Shown piece by piece: positions 44,617 to 54,353 of a DNA stretch of 64,000 bases. This DNA is from Immundisolibacterales bacterium (GTDB lineage: Bacteria > Pseudomonadota > Gammaproteobacteria > HK1), in contig JAPOPW010000034.1 of assembly GCA_026712715.1 (NCBI GenBank), forward strand, positions 31,720 to 95,719, read 5' to 3'. Numbering within the stretch: the stretch's first letter is position 1; each line of letters starts with the position of its first letter. Position numbers and translations under genes: made by a program. Under the pieces are notes generated by a model. That model was given only the letters and a program-made list of their open reading frames with translations, was not told the origin of the DNA and did no database searches.

Positions 44617-45067
44617 CCGGCGTCTCCTCCGTTCAACGTTCCGATTCGGTCCGGCCGCGGCCGACACACGGGTCAATGGAAGGTTCGGGAGCTCATTCTC
44701 GGAAGCCCGCCGTCGTGCCGCAAGCGAAGGGAGCTCCCCTGGAGGCCGCGAAGCGGTTTGCTCCACCGTCGTCCTCGCGAGAGGAGATGCCGGCGTGAAA
44801 CGACCGCTTCGTACTGAACCACGGTGCGTACCCGAAACTCGGAGCGCGCTTTACGCAGGGTGAAGGACAGCGGTGCAAGGACAGGTACCTTCGGGGCCCC
44901 GCTCACCGGACCCCGCAAGAACGGGGCAGGGAATCCTTGCAGCGGCCGGAGCGGCGGCGATGCGCGGGGATCCTTGAGGCAGTGAGCGTACGGGGCCGGA
45001 GTGCGACAAGTCCACCGGCGCCAAGCAATGGGCAATCGGATCCTCCATGAAAGGCAAGACTCGGGAG

Positions 45068-47287
45068 TCAATCCAGCGTCCTGGCGACTCGAAAACCGTT
45101 GAAGTGGTTCCGGTGCACGGAGCCGCTCCTGCCGCGAACCGCAGACCGAAGGCTCCCCGGCCTGCTGACCCACGAGCCGCCCCGCAACACACGGTAGTCG
45201 CAGTCACCGTCACCGTCGCGGGTCCACGCACCACCATCCGACGGCGCGCCCCGATAGCTGTCGTGCCAGCAGTCCTCCACCCACTCCCATACGTTTCCGT
45301 GAACGTCGCGAAGGCCGAACGCATTCGCGGTATGCGATCCCACCGGCTCCGTTCGCCCTCCGAAGCGCCCCGTGCGGCCGGAACCATACGCGAAGCTCCC
45401 GTTGTAGTTCGCCTGCTCGGGCGAGACTGTCGACCCGAAGTGGAACGGCGTCGTCGATCCCGCCCGCGCCGCATACTCCCACTCCGACTCGCTCAACAGC
45501 CGGTACTGCGCGTCCGTCTTCCGCGACAGCCAGCGCACGTACTCCCTGGCGTCGTGCCAGCTCACGTTCATGACCGGTCGATCGCCACGCCCCCATCCCT
45601 GATCGTCGGGATGGTGCGAACAACCACCGTCGCGACGGCATGCGTCCCACTCCCGGAACGTCACCTCGTGCACCCCCACCGCGAACGGCTGCGCGATGCT
45701 CACCAGGCGTACGGGACCTTCGTCATGAAAGCGGCCCTCTTCCCATGAGGGCGACCCCATCTCGAAGCTCCCCGCCGGCACCACCACCATCTTCGGACAG
45801 TCGTCGCACTCCCGGAGGTCTTGCCCTGCCGGCCATTTCGGCTTCGACACCTCGGCCAACCGGGTCCGGGCCTCTCCCTCGTGACGCCCCCCTCGCTCCA
45901 GGTACGCCCGATAGCTCGCCAGGGTGTTCAGCCGCCTCGCTTCCGCATACGCCTCGTCGTCCGCGCGCCGGTCCGCTTCTTCCTGCCGGCGTTTCATCGC
46001 GTACGCCTGCCCGTGCGCGACCAGGGCATCGCGGAGCTCCGCCGTCAGATGCCCCGTCTCCGGAAGGCCTTTCTCCTTCTGATAGCTCAGGATCCCGGCG
46101 CGGGTCCGGCGGCCGAACACCCCGTCCGCGCGACCGACGTCCTCGCCGAGCGACGTCAGCCCGTGCTGCACCAGCACCCGCTCCGCGAACGTGAGCCCAA
46201 GCGTCGCCTCCACCGACTCCGCCGTCTCGGCCGATGATGAAGGCGCTTCGATGGCGGCGGCGGTCTTCTTCTCCGGGCCGTCGTCCTTCGTCGGCACGGC
46301 GACGGTTTCCGCGGGCGCCTCGGAACCGGGCCGGGCCGGAAACGCCCCGCCGGCCGCCGCCGTCGCAAGCACCGCATCCTGCACCCCGATCAGACTCGCC
46401 TGCTGGACCCTCCGGTGCTGGCGCCGCGCCGCGCGCGTCATGTGGCGGTCGAGGTAGCGCTTCGCTTCCGCCGCGGTCACCTTTGCATCCCCATCCGCAT
46501 CGCCGCGCCCATGGAGCGCATCGAGGAGGTGGTGGGTGAAGAGGCCGTGGCGCGCGTTCTCGTCCCAGGACGCGATCTGCGTTCCGCTCGCGGCAGTGAG
46601 GGACGTCACCTTGTGCCCCACTCCCTCCGGCAGCGTTGCCTCCACGAACACCGGGCTCGCGTTGCGGATGAGGCCGCCTCCGTGGCTCCCGCCGGAGAAG
46701 CAGGCGTCGATGTACACCCGGACCGAGCCCGCCTCCGCGAGACCGCCCACGTTCCGGTAGAGGAGGTCGATGGGATAGCCGTCGTCTTCGGCCGCCCGCG
46801 GGTCCGCGTCCACCGGCAGGAGGTATCCTCGCCCGTCGTTCAACCCCGGCACCCCGTGCCCGGAGTAGAACACCACCACGTCCGAGCCTCCGTCCGGGTC
46901 GAGGTAGCTCCACAGGAGGCTGCGTGGATCGCTCTTCGTGCCGAGCGCGTCGAAGAGCTCTCTCCGCGTCGCGTCGCGAAGGTCGATGACGTTCACCGGG
47001 TCGAAGCCGAGCACGTCCACCACGTAGCGCCGGAGAGCGCCGGCGTCGCGGTGCGCGAACGTGACGTCCGGGACGTCGCGGTGCTCGTAGTTGGCATTGC
47101 CGATGATTACGGCCACTCCACGCGGATTCGCGAACTCCGCCCGCACCGGGGAAGGAGCCGCGAGGACCGAGATCGCAACGAGGAAGGCGAGCAGGCCGGC
47201 GCAACGGCGGCCGCGGGCTCCGGCGCGGGTCGCGCACGGGGCCGGTACGTTCGGCTCCGAAGGTACAGATCGCATCATTTTGAGCAT
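45068..47287 (-). CDS. Secreted caspase-like (C14) + peptidoglycan-binding + FGE-sulfatase domain protein, paralog 2
   Basis: Track ORF 45068..47341, started at ATG 47287, preceded by AAGGAGGG. The signal peptide ends ...PVRA/EFANP. It has FYSGHG (H144), IDACFSG (C196), the PG-binding module GRADGVFGRRTRAGILSYQ, and the FGE motifs MVVVPAGSFEMGS, HGNVWEWVEDCW and LRGGSW. Confidence 0.85.
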   Translation of the reverse strand: MLKMMRSVPSEPNVPAPCATRAGARGRRCAGLLAFLVAISVLAAPSPVRAEFANPRGVAVIIGNANYEHRDVPDVTFAHRDAGALRRYVVDVLGFDPVNVIDLRDATRRELFDALGTKSDPRSLLWSYLDPDGGSDVVVFYSGHGVPGLNDGRGYLLPVDADPRAAEDDGYPIDLLYRNVGGLAEAGSVRVYIDACFSGGSHGGGLIRNASPVFVEATLPEGVGHKVTSLTAASGTQIASWDENARHGLFTHHLLDALHGRGDADGDAKVTAAEAKRYLDRHMTRAARRQHRRVQQASLIGVQDAVLATAAAGGAFPARPGSEAPAETVAVPTKDDGPEKKTAAAIEAPSSSAETAESVEATLGLTFAERVLVQHGLTSLGEDVGRADGVFGRRTRAGILSYQKEKGLPETGHLTAELRDALVAHGQAYAMKRRQEEADRRADDEAYAEARRLNTLASYRAYLERGGRHEGEARTRLAEVSKPKWPAGQDLRECDDCPKMVVVPAGSFEMGSPSWEEGRFHDEGPVRLVSIAQPFAVGVHEVTFREWDACRRDGGCSHHPDDQGWGRGDRPVMNVSWHDAREYVRWLSRKTDAQYRLLSESEWEYAARAGSTTPFHFGSTVSPEQANYNGSFAYGSGRTGRFGGRTEPVGSHTANAFGLRDVHGNVWEWVEDCWHDSYRGAPSDGGAWTRDGDGDCDYRVLRGGSWVSRPGSLRSAVRGRSGSVHRNHFNGFRVARTLD

Positions 47288-47354
47288 TGCATCCCTCCTT
47301 CCGTTCACCGGCGCATCAAGACGGAGATATCGTCGCTGCACCCGCCGGATTCGT

Positions 47355-49214
47355 TCAATCGTGGACCTGGTAGGGGAGCCAGATCACCGCCATGCGGGCC
47401 GGGTCCTGTCCGGCGAGGGCGGCGAGGAAGCGAGACCCTTCGACCGACTGGCTCATCGTATCCGTGAGACTGGCGCCCGCCGCCCGGGCCATGGCGGCGA
47501 AGTTGATCGGGCTCGGGGACGCAACGACCACGAACGCCTCGTGGTCCTCCCGGTTCCCGGGAACCGGCAGCGGAGCGGAGAGGATCCGCCCCTCCCCGCG
47601 GCGCGGGAGAACGAGGGGCTCTCCGGCGCCGATCACGAGCCTGTCCCGCTCGCGCGGATAGAGCCGCACCACCCGGTTGTCCGCCCCCCACGCGAACAGC
47701 CCGAGATGGGCCGCCTCCTCGCTCCGCAGCTCTACCCGAATGGGCTCCAGCGCCCGGTACACCGTACGGTCGAGACGCGCGCTAACCGCCGGGCGGATGA
47801 CCCGGCCGATCGGCGCGACCCGGGCCGCGAGGCGAAGGGCGACTCTCTGCCCACCGCCGTCTTCGCCCTCGGGTACTGCCTCGTCGAAGCCTTCGTCCAC
47901 CGGGATCCCGGCATCGAGGAACCCTTCGAAGGACATGACCGCATCCGCCTCCGACCTCACCTCCGTCACGCCCGGAGGCGGCCGGCCGAGCGCCTGGGCG
48001 ACGACCCGGGCGCGGGCGAGATTGCGGGCGGCGCGAACGGCGGCCGCCCGGTCGAGGCGCTCGGAGACCACCGCCTCGGCGACCGCCTCGTACATCCGGC
48101 CGGGACTCCCTCCCGCACCGCTCCTCGCCGCCAGCCGAGGGGGCAGGGAGGAGGTCGCGATGTCGGCGCCGGCGGCAACGAGGCTCCGCCCGCGGTGCCG
48201 AAGACGCACCTCGAGGCGGACCCGGTCGTCGTCGAGGCGCCACAAGTCGCCGGCGAGGCGATAGCGCGGGACCTCTCCGCTCGTGTCCGGGGCCGTGCCG
48301 AGCACCGCGGCGACCCGCGCCTCGTCTCCTTCGCGCCGCGCCCGCTCCACGAACTGCCGGACCACCTCGCCTTCGAGGCGCTGGCCGAGGTAGACGCCGA
48401 GGTCTCCCCGCGCCCCGATCGAAACGTCCATCAGCATCACCCGCTCCACCGGACCCACCGCGGGTGCGCCGTCAGCGAGGCGCCGGGCGATCTCGGCCAC
48501 CGCATGGCTGTACGGTGCGGCGGTCCGTTCGAGGGGGAATCGCGCCATCGCGTGGGCCACGGTGACCGTCTCGACGAGGTCGACGGCGCCGCAGGAGAGG
48601 TTCACCCCGTCGGCGACCGGGCTCGCCTTGCAGATGACCTCGACGTCGGCCTGCGCCGCGCGCAGCATGGATTCGACGTCGCCCTGGTAGAACTCCTCGA
48701 GCGTGCCGTAGACCTCGTGAAGACGCTCGCGCGCGAGCACCGCGACGCCCCGGCCCGCGGCGGCGCGGACGATCGCGTTCAGCACCTCCTCGTAGAGCCG
48801 TGCGCCATCCTCCTGCGGCAATCTGGACTCGCGGGGGTCGAGCGGGCGCAGGGCAAGCCGGGCCCCCGGAGGAATGGTGTCGAGGAGCCCGGCCGCCAAA
48901 CGCACGGCCGGCGAGCCGGCCGGCTCCGGATCGGCCGGAGCGGGAGCCGGGTCCGGCGAGGGGGCGGGGACCGGCGGCTCCGCCGGAGCCGACGCCGGAC
49001 GAGGGACCGCGACCTCGCTCGCCGGCAACGCCGGGGCCGCGTCCGCCTGCTGCGGCGCCTTGCCGGCGGCAGGCGCCGGCGCCCCGAGCCCGACGGCCCA
49101 GGCCGCGAGCATGGCCGGAACGGCGGCGACGCGCGGCCACCGGCCCGCGCCTGCCGGACGCCCGATCATCTTCCTCCGCAATCCCGGACCCGAACCATCG
49201 TTGATCCTCGACAT
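47355..49214 (-). CDS. Secreted protein with C-terminal DUF4384 domain
   Basis: Track ORF 47355..49214. It has a signal-like segment (AAVPAMLAAWAVGLGAPAPAAG) and a Pro/Ala-rich linker. The C-terminus YRALEPIRVELRSEEAAHLGLFAWGADNRVVRLYPRE...LVLPRRG...HEAFVVVAS fits the DUF4384 pattern as I remember it. It ends 67 nt upstream of paralog 2. Confidence 0.7.
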   Translation of the reverse strand: MSRINDGSGPGLRRKMIGRPAGAGRWPRVAAVPAMLAAWAVGLGAPAPAAGKAPQQADAAPALPASEVAVPRPASAPAEPPVPAPSPDPAPAPADPEPAGSPAVRLAAGLLDTIPPGARLALRPLDPRESRLPQEDGARLYEEVLNAIVRAAAGRGVAVLARERLHEVYGTLEEFYQGDVESMLRAAQADVEVICKASPVADGVNLSCGAVDLVETVTVAHAMARFPLERTAAPYSHAVAEIARRLADGAPAVGPVERVMLMDVSIGARGDLGVYLGQRLEGEVVRQFVERARREGDEARVAAVLGTAPDTSGEVPRYRLAGDLWRLDDDRVRLEVRLRHRGRSLVAAGADIATSSLPPRLAARSGAGGSPGRMYEAVAEAVVSERLDRAAAVRAARNLARARVVAQALGRPPPGVTEVRSEADAVMSFEGFLDAGIPVDEGFDEAVPEGEDGGGQRVALRLAARVAPIGRVIRPAVSARLDRTVYRALEPIRVELRSEEAAHLGLFAWGADNRVVRLYPRERDRLVIGAGEPLVLPRRGEGRILSAPLPVPGNREDHEAFVVVASPSPINFAAMARAAGASLTDTMSQSVEGSRFLAALAGQDPARMAVIWLPYQVHD

Positions 49215-49495
49215 GGCGACCTCCCCTTGCTTCCCATCATCGTACGGTGCGCTCGGCTACCGCAACGAACAATGGGAGCAATGGGGCGAAATTCCGGGAA
49301 TCGCGCCAACGCCGTCAGGCGCGAGTGCGGTCGTCCTGGCAGCGTCGCCGAGACGGATGATGGCTCAGCGGCCGGCAAGAGGCGCAGGATACGGCAGCTC
49401 CGCACTGCTCTCGTACCGCGGGCGCGGCAACCCCGGAAATGGCCAGGAATCGGCCAGGGGCTCCACCCGCTGGACCCCCGCAAATGAGGCAAGAG

Positions 49496-50971
49496 TCAAT
49501 CCAACGTCCTGGCGACACGAAACCCGACAACGTCGTACCGGTGCCCGGTTTCGCGCCTGTTGCGCAGCGCGGATCGCTGAACCCCCGAACTGCCGATCCA
49601 CGAGCCACCACGCAACACACGCAGATTGCAGTTGCTTCCCGTCGTCCACGCGCGACCGTCCGACGGCGCTCCCGCATAGCTCTCATGCCAGCAGTCCTCA
49701 ACCCACTCCGAGACGTTCCCCGAAACGTCATGCAAGCCATATCGGTTCGGGCTGAAGCTCCCGACCGGTGACGTATGAACATGGCCGTCATCACACGATG
49801 CATGACTCCATCCCACATCGCTGTAGCGCCGCTTCAGTGCCTGGTCCGCTCCGTTCGCATGAACGCACTGGCCGCTCTCACTGCCTCCCCAATGGTGCAA
49901 CGTCGTAGTGCCTCCACGCGCCACGTACTCCCACTCCGACTCGCTCGGCAGCCGGTATTCAGCCCCGGCCTCGCGCGAAAGCCACCGAACGTAGGCCCGC
50001 GCATCCTCCCAGCTCACGCACGCCACCGGATGCTCATCGTCCTGAACGTAGCCCGGTTGGCGCCAGCTTCGTCCCGAACGCTTCTTCCACTCGCCGCCCG
50101 CGTGCGTCCGGCATGAATCGCCTGACGAATGGCCCGTCGCCTCGACGAACCGGCGCCATTCCTCGCGCGTCACCTCGTGCACCCCCACCGCGAACGGCTT
50201 CCGAATTGTCACCCGATGCACCGGACCCTCCTCCGTGAGCCATTGCTCCCACGACGGGGAACCCATCTCGTAGCTGCCTGCCGGGACCACCACCATCTCC
50301 GGACATCCTGGACAATCCCTGAACGTCTTCCCTACCTCCAGCTTCTGTTTCGACACCTCGGCAAGCAAGACCCGGGCTTCCGACTCGTGGCGACCCCCTC
50401 GGTCCAGATACGAGCGATAGCCTCCCGGCGTGTTCAGCCGCTTCGCTTCGAAAAACGCCTCGTCGTCCGCGCGGCGCTCCGGGTCCACACGCAGGCGCTC
50501 CGCCTCGCGGGCTGCCTCTTCCTGCCCCAGCTTCGCCGCATGCGCCTCCCCGCGCGCAACCAGCGCGTCGCGGAGCTCCGCCGTCAAATGCCCCGTCGCG
50601 GCAAGACCCTTCTTCTCCTGGTAGCTCCGGATCCCGGCCCGGGTCCGGCGGCCGAACACCCCGTCCGCTCCGCCGACGTCCTCCCCGAGCGAGGAGAGAC
50701 CGTGCTGAACCAGCACCCGGTCCTCGAACGTGAGACCGAGCGACACCTCCACCGACTCCGGCGTCCGGACCGGCGCGGCCACCGGGGCCTCTTCCCCCGC
50801 AGCGGCACTCGCCGCCTCCGCCGTCCCGGGAATTTCCGCGTCGAGCGACGGGCGGGACAGAAACGCGCCTTCGAAGCTGCTCGAGCGGCTCATCGGAAAG
50901 GACGACAGCCGCCCGCGCGGGGACGGGGCGAGCGGGCGGCCCCGAGCCCGCACGCTTCTCCTTGCCTCCAT
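49496..50971 (-). CDS. Peptidoglycan-binding + FGE-sulfatase domain protein, paralog 3 (no signal peptide, no caspase domain)
   Basis: Track ORF 49496..51112, started at ATG 50971, preceded by GGGAGGGG (ATG 50893 is an alternative). The PG-binding segment is ~85% identical to paralog 2 (LGLTFEDRVLVQHGLSSLGEDVGGADGVFGRRTRAGIRSYQ). FGE motifs are present (MVVVPAGSYEMGS, SGNVSEWVEDCW, LRGGSW). Confidence 0.75.
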   Translation of the reverse strand: MEARRSVRARGRPLAPSPRGRLSSFPMSRSSSFEGAFLSRPSLDAEIPGTAEAASAAAGEEAPVAAPVRTPESVEVSLGLTFEDRVLVQHGLSSLGEDVGGADGVFGRRTRAGIRSYQEKKGLAATGHLTAELRDALVARGEAHAAKLGQEEAAREAERLRVDPERRADDEAFFEAKRLNTPGGYRSYLDRGGRHESEARVLLAEVSKQKLEVGKTFRDCPGCPEMVVVPAGSYEMGSPSWEQWLTEEGPVHRVTIRKPFAVGVHEVTREEWRRFVEATGHSSGDSCRTHAGGEWKKRSGRSWRQPGYVQDDEHPVACVSWEDARAYVRWLSREAGAEYRLPSESEWEYVARGGTTTLHHWGGSESGQCVHANGADQALKRRYSDVGWSHASCDDGHVHTSPVGSFSPNRYGLHDVSGNVSEWVEDCWHESYAGAPSDGRAWTTGSNCNLRVLRGGSWIGSSGVQRSALRNRRETGHRYDVVGFRVARTLD

Positions 50972-51162
50972 GATGCCCCTCCCTGCAAGTTGCGGGCGCA
51001 ATCCAGTTTCGGCAACGAAAGGACGAGACCCCCAGCCTCGATGGACCGGCCCGCGCCGCGCCGGGGTTCGGACCGCGTGCACGACCGGGCAAAACGCGCC
51101 AGAACCTTCCATTGCGGGGTACGACTGGTACCGACCCGCAAGGCGGGGAAAGGAGCACTCTC

Positions 51163-52047
51163 ATGCAGCAGTCGAGCGGAACGGGGCGCGGCATCCGGCG
51201 CGCGGCCCTCGTCCTCGCGGCCGGGCTCGGCCCGGGCGCCGTCGTCCTTCCCCTGGCGGCCGGGGCCGCGATCTACGTCGATCCGGCAACCGCCGTCGTC
51301 GAGGACCGGGCCGCCGTCCAGCGGCTGGTCGTCGCGGAGGCGGTGCGAAACGGGGTGGTCCCCGCTCCCCTCGCCCTCGCAGTGGTCGAGGTCGAGTCGG
51401 AATTCGTCCCGCGGACGGTCGGCACGTCCGGTGCAATCGGACTCATGCAGATCCTCCCCGCCGTCGCGGAGCGCGAGTTCGCGGCCAATGCGGACGCGCT
51501 CTGGGAGCCGGTGACGAACCTTCGCATGGGCCTTGGCCGCCTCGCACGACTCCACGACCGCTACGACGGCGACTGGGAGCTCGCCCTCTCGCACTTCCGG
51601 GGCGGTGAGCTGCGGCGCGAAGCCGGGCGCTACGTCGCGCACGGCTACACGCTCGGCTACGTCGAGCGGGTGATGCGCGGCTGGCGGCGCTACCAGCGCG
51701 ACCCGCTCGTTCGGGCCTGGATCCGGGGGGCACGGGGAGTTCCGCGCTTCGTCGCGGCGGATGCGCTCCCTCGTTTCGAGACGCGGTCGGCCTTGGCAAC
51801 ACCGCCGATCCGGTGGGAGAGCGCGGCGGATTCAACCCGTCCGCGCCACCATCTTCGCGGCCATCACCACCGCCTCACCGATCGGTGCGACGAGACGCAC
51901 GCGGCGCGCCGGCCGGCCGGGTACCGCTTCGGCCGCAGCGGCGGAAGCGGCGGACGGTGGACGGCGATCGAAGGTGCGCCCTCCCCTGCTCTTCGCTTTC
52001 GCGACGGCCGGTGGGTGGCGGTCACCGGCGGCCCACGCTTCCGCTAG
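51163..52047 (+). CDS. Lytic transglycosylase (SLT domain) protein
   Basis: This lies in track ORF 51112..52047, starting at ATG 51163, preceded by AAAGGAG. It has a signal peptide. VVEVESEF (catalytic Glu) and SGAIGLMQI motifs are present. Confidence 0.8.
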   Translation: MQQSSGTGRGIRRAALVLAAGLGPGAVVLPLAAGAAIYVDPATAVVEDRAAVQRLVVAEAVRNGVVPAPLALAVVEVESEFVPRTVGTSGAIGLMQILPAVAEREFAANADALWEPVTNLRMGLGRLARLHDRYDGDWELALSHFRGGELRREAGRYVAHGYTLGYVERVMRGWRRYQRDPLVRAWIRGARGVPRFVAADALPRFETRSALATPPIRWESAADSTRPRHHLRGHHHRLTDRCDETHAARRPAGYRFGRSGGSGGRWTAIEGAPSPALRFRDGRWVAVTGGPRFR

Positions 52048-52556
52048 GCTCCTTGACGTGCCCCGATCCATAAAGATGATTCAAGTTTGCAAATCGGTTT
52101 CAGGAACCGAAACGTACGAGGCTGCTACCACTACCCAGCAGCCGGGTCTTGAACCAGGATGGGTGGCTTCGAACCGGTCTCGTCGTCCTGACGCGCAGCC
52201 TCGCTGGGATTCCGGGGCGCATCGTGTTCGATAGCTCGCTATTTCCGCGACCAGGCACGGTCGAGCTTGGGCAGGATGTCGGCCTCTCCCGCGGGCTCGT
52301 TCCGTCCGTGCCCCGGCACGAACACGGAAGGCGCGGCGGTGATGGTGCGCCCGAGAACCAGCGTCCCGGCGGCCGAGGAGACACTGCGCCGAGGCCGCCG
52401 GCGCTCGGTTGCCTCTTCCGGTTCGCGGCACGCCCCGAAGGCCCGGAGCGCGCCCTCGATGCGCGAATGCCCCTGCCGTTCGGTCACGGGGGCAATCTTT
52501 GCAGTGCGCGTGCGAGCGCTTATTCTCCGGCTTTCGGCGAGAGGCGGAGAGGGTGC

Positions 52557-54353
52557 ATGGGCGAGAGGGCCAGGGTCCGGCTCATCCGGGGCGCGCAGAG
52601 CGACGAGCTGCGCGCGACCTTCCGCCAGCTCGCCGAGCTCGACGGACCGAACGGTCCGAAATTCCCGCGACGGGTCCTCATGGAGCTTGCGGCCCGGATC
52701 GTGGGCCGGGCCTACGAGCCGATGCTGCTCGAGCTCTCCCACCTCGCGCGCGCCGCCCGGCTGGCAACGCAGGGGCTGCCGGGAGGGCGGCGCGGCGCGG
52801 ACGCAGGGGCCGGCTTCGAGTGGCTCTTCTGGGGCGTCGAGGAGGCACGGGCCGGTGCGTTCCGGGCCGCCTTCCTCGAATCGAACGGCACCTTCGCGAG
52901 CCCCGCCCCACCTCCGGCGACCCATGACGACGAGGGCCGGTCCGGCGCGGCGGGCGGCGCGCTCCGCATCGGGGAGGACGGCGTCATCCTCAGCTACCCG
53001 GACGGCCGGTTCGAGCTCCGGTACGGACGCATGGTGGACCTCGCCGCAATGATGGAGCTGCTCGTCTCCACCCTCGGCTACCGCGCGCTCGTCGATGTCC
53101 TCGATCCGCTCGCGGCGCCCGTCGTCGACCGCGGGACGGTCGCGGGAGCCGCCCGCGACCTCGCCCGCCGGTTCTACGAGTGGCTGGGCGGCCATCTCCC
53201 GACCGCCCAGGCGCAACGCAAGTTCCACGCGATGATCGCGTTCCTCGAAGAGTCGCTCGGGGCCGACTTCACGGACGAGGACATCGACGACGAGGCGGTC
53301 CTTCGCTTCTGGCTCCGCCAGGTTGCGCCCGCCGGCGGCGAGACGCCGGCGGGCGGCGCGGGCACCGACTTTCGCGGCTACCGCAACACCTTCCTCGCCT
53401 TCCTCGCCCTCGCCCGGGTGCTCGAGGAAGGGGCGGAGCGCGGGCGCTTCGAGCGGCACGTGTCGATCGGCTCCGACTTCGAGGCGGGGGAGATTGACCC
53501 TGCGGCCGAGTCCGCGGCAACGCCGGAGGGCGCGGCCGAGTTCGACCCCCTCGCGCTGCTCCAGGAGGAGCCGGCCGCCGTGATCAAGGCGCTCAACCAG
53601 CGCGAGCTCACCCTCCTCCGGCTCCCGGTCGGAGAAAACGACGGGGTGCGGCGCCTGCCCCGCTCGTACCTGCGGGCCGAGTGCTTCGGTCCGGTGCAGA
53701 ACCGCCTGTCGCAGGCGCTACGCCGCAAGGCGGGCGCGGCGGAGCTCGCGGCGGTGGTCGCGGCCGGGCCGGATCCGGGCTATCGCGCCCGGATCGAAGC
53801 ACTGAAGAAGGCCGACGTGCACGTGCGCCGGGTGGCCAGGGCGTGCCTCTTCGTCCTGCACCGGATGGGGGGCGACGCGGGCGGCGGCGGCGGCGAACGC
53901 GACCGCGGACGCGCGAAGACCGGCCCCGGCGAGGGAAGCGAGAGCGGCGTCGGGCCGGTGCTCGACTTCCGGCTTCTCGGGGAAGCCCGCAAGGCATTCG
54001 AAGGACTGAACCGCGCGGGCTTCGAGCGCTCCGCCCCGAGCGACCCCGAGCTCGCGCCCGCCTACGGCGCGCTCGCGGACACCTTGCCGTGCGTCGCCGA
54101 ACGTCTGGGGGCGGTCCTTCTCACCTTCGGTCCGCCGGACTCGTGGGAGCGCGCCGAGGCGGAGGATCGCGCGGTCTTCTCGCGCACCTTCGCCCGGCTC
54201 TACGGCGCGGCGACGAACGAGCCGCCGCCGGAACCGGACGGGGAGGCGCGAGGACGCGGTGGCGCTTGCAGCACGCGCGGCGACGGCGGACCGATCCGGT
54301 CGCCGCCCCCGCCGCGCACGAGCCCGGCACGACCGGCGGGAGGACGACCATGA
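52557..54353 (+). CDS. Hypothetical protein (598 aa), no recognisable domain
   Basis: This lies in track ORF 52149..54353, starting at ATG 52557, preceded by GGAGAGGG. It has coding-like GC3 bias and an acidic/helical composition. It is translationally coupled (ATGA) to the next gene. Confidence 0.6.
   Translation: MGERARVRLIRGAQSDELRATFRQLAELDGPNGPKFPRRVLMELAARIVGRAYEPMLLELSHLARAARLATQGLPGGRRGADAGAGFEWLFWGVEEARAGAFRAAFLESNGTFASPAPPPATHDDEGRSGAAGGALRIGEDGVILSYPDGRFELRYGRMVDLAAMMELLVSTLGYRALVDVLDPLAAPVVDRGTVAGAARDLARRFYEWLGGHLPTAQAQRKFHAMIAFLEESLGADFTDEDIDDEAVLRFWLRQVAPAGGETPAGGAGTDFRGYRNTFLAFLALARVLEEGAERGRFERHVSIGSDFEAGEIDPAAESAATPEGAAEFDPLALLQEEPAAVIKALNQRELTLLRLPVGENDGVRRLPRSYLRAECFGPVQNRLSQALRRKAGAAELAAVVAAGPDPGYRARIEALKKADVHVRRVARACLFVLHRMGGDAGGGGGERDRGRAKTGPGEGSESGVGPVLDFRLLGEARKAFEGLNRAGFERSAPSDPELAPAYGALADTLPCVAERLGAVLLTFGPPDSWERAEAEDRAVFSRTFARLYGAATNEPPPEPDGEARGRGGACSTRGDGGPIRSPPPPRTSPARPAGGRP

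Noticed and set aside
52130-52230. A possible tRNA gene (minus strand) suggested by GGTTCGAAGCC / GGTTCAAGACC motifs. I hoped for tRNA-Sec, given the TGA-containing Grx-DinB gene.
   Set aside because: I could not build D and anticodon arms or a proper T-stem. There is no 8/5 or 7/5 acceptor/T geometry and no CCA. It is kept only as a low-interest structured-region finding.
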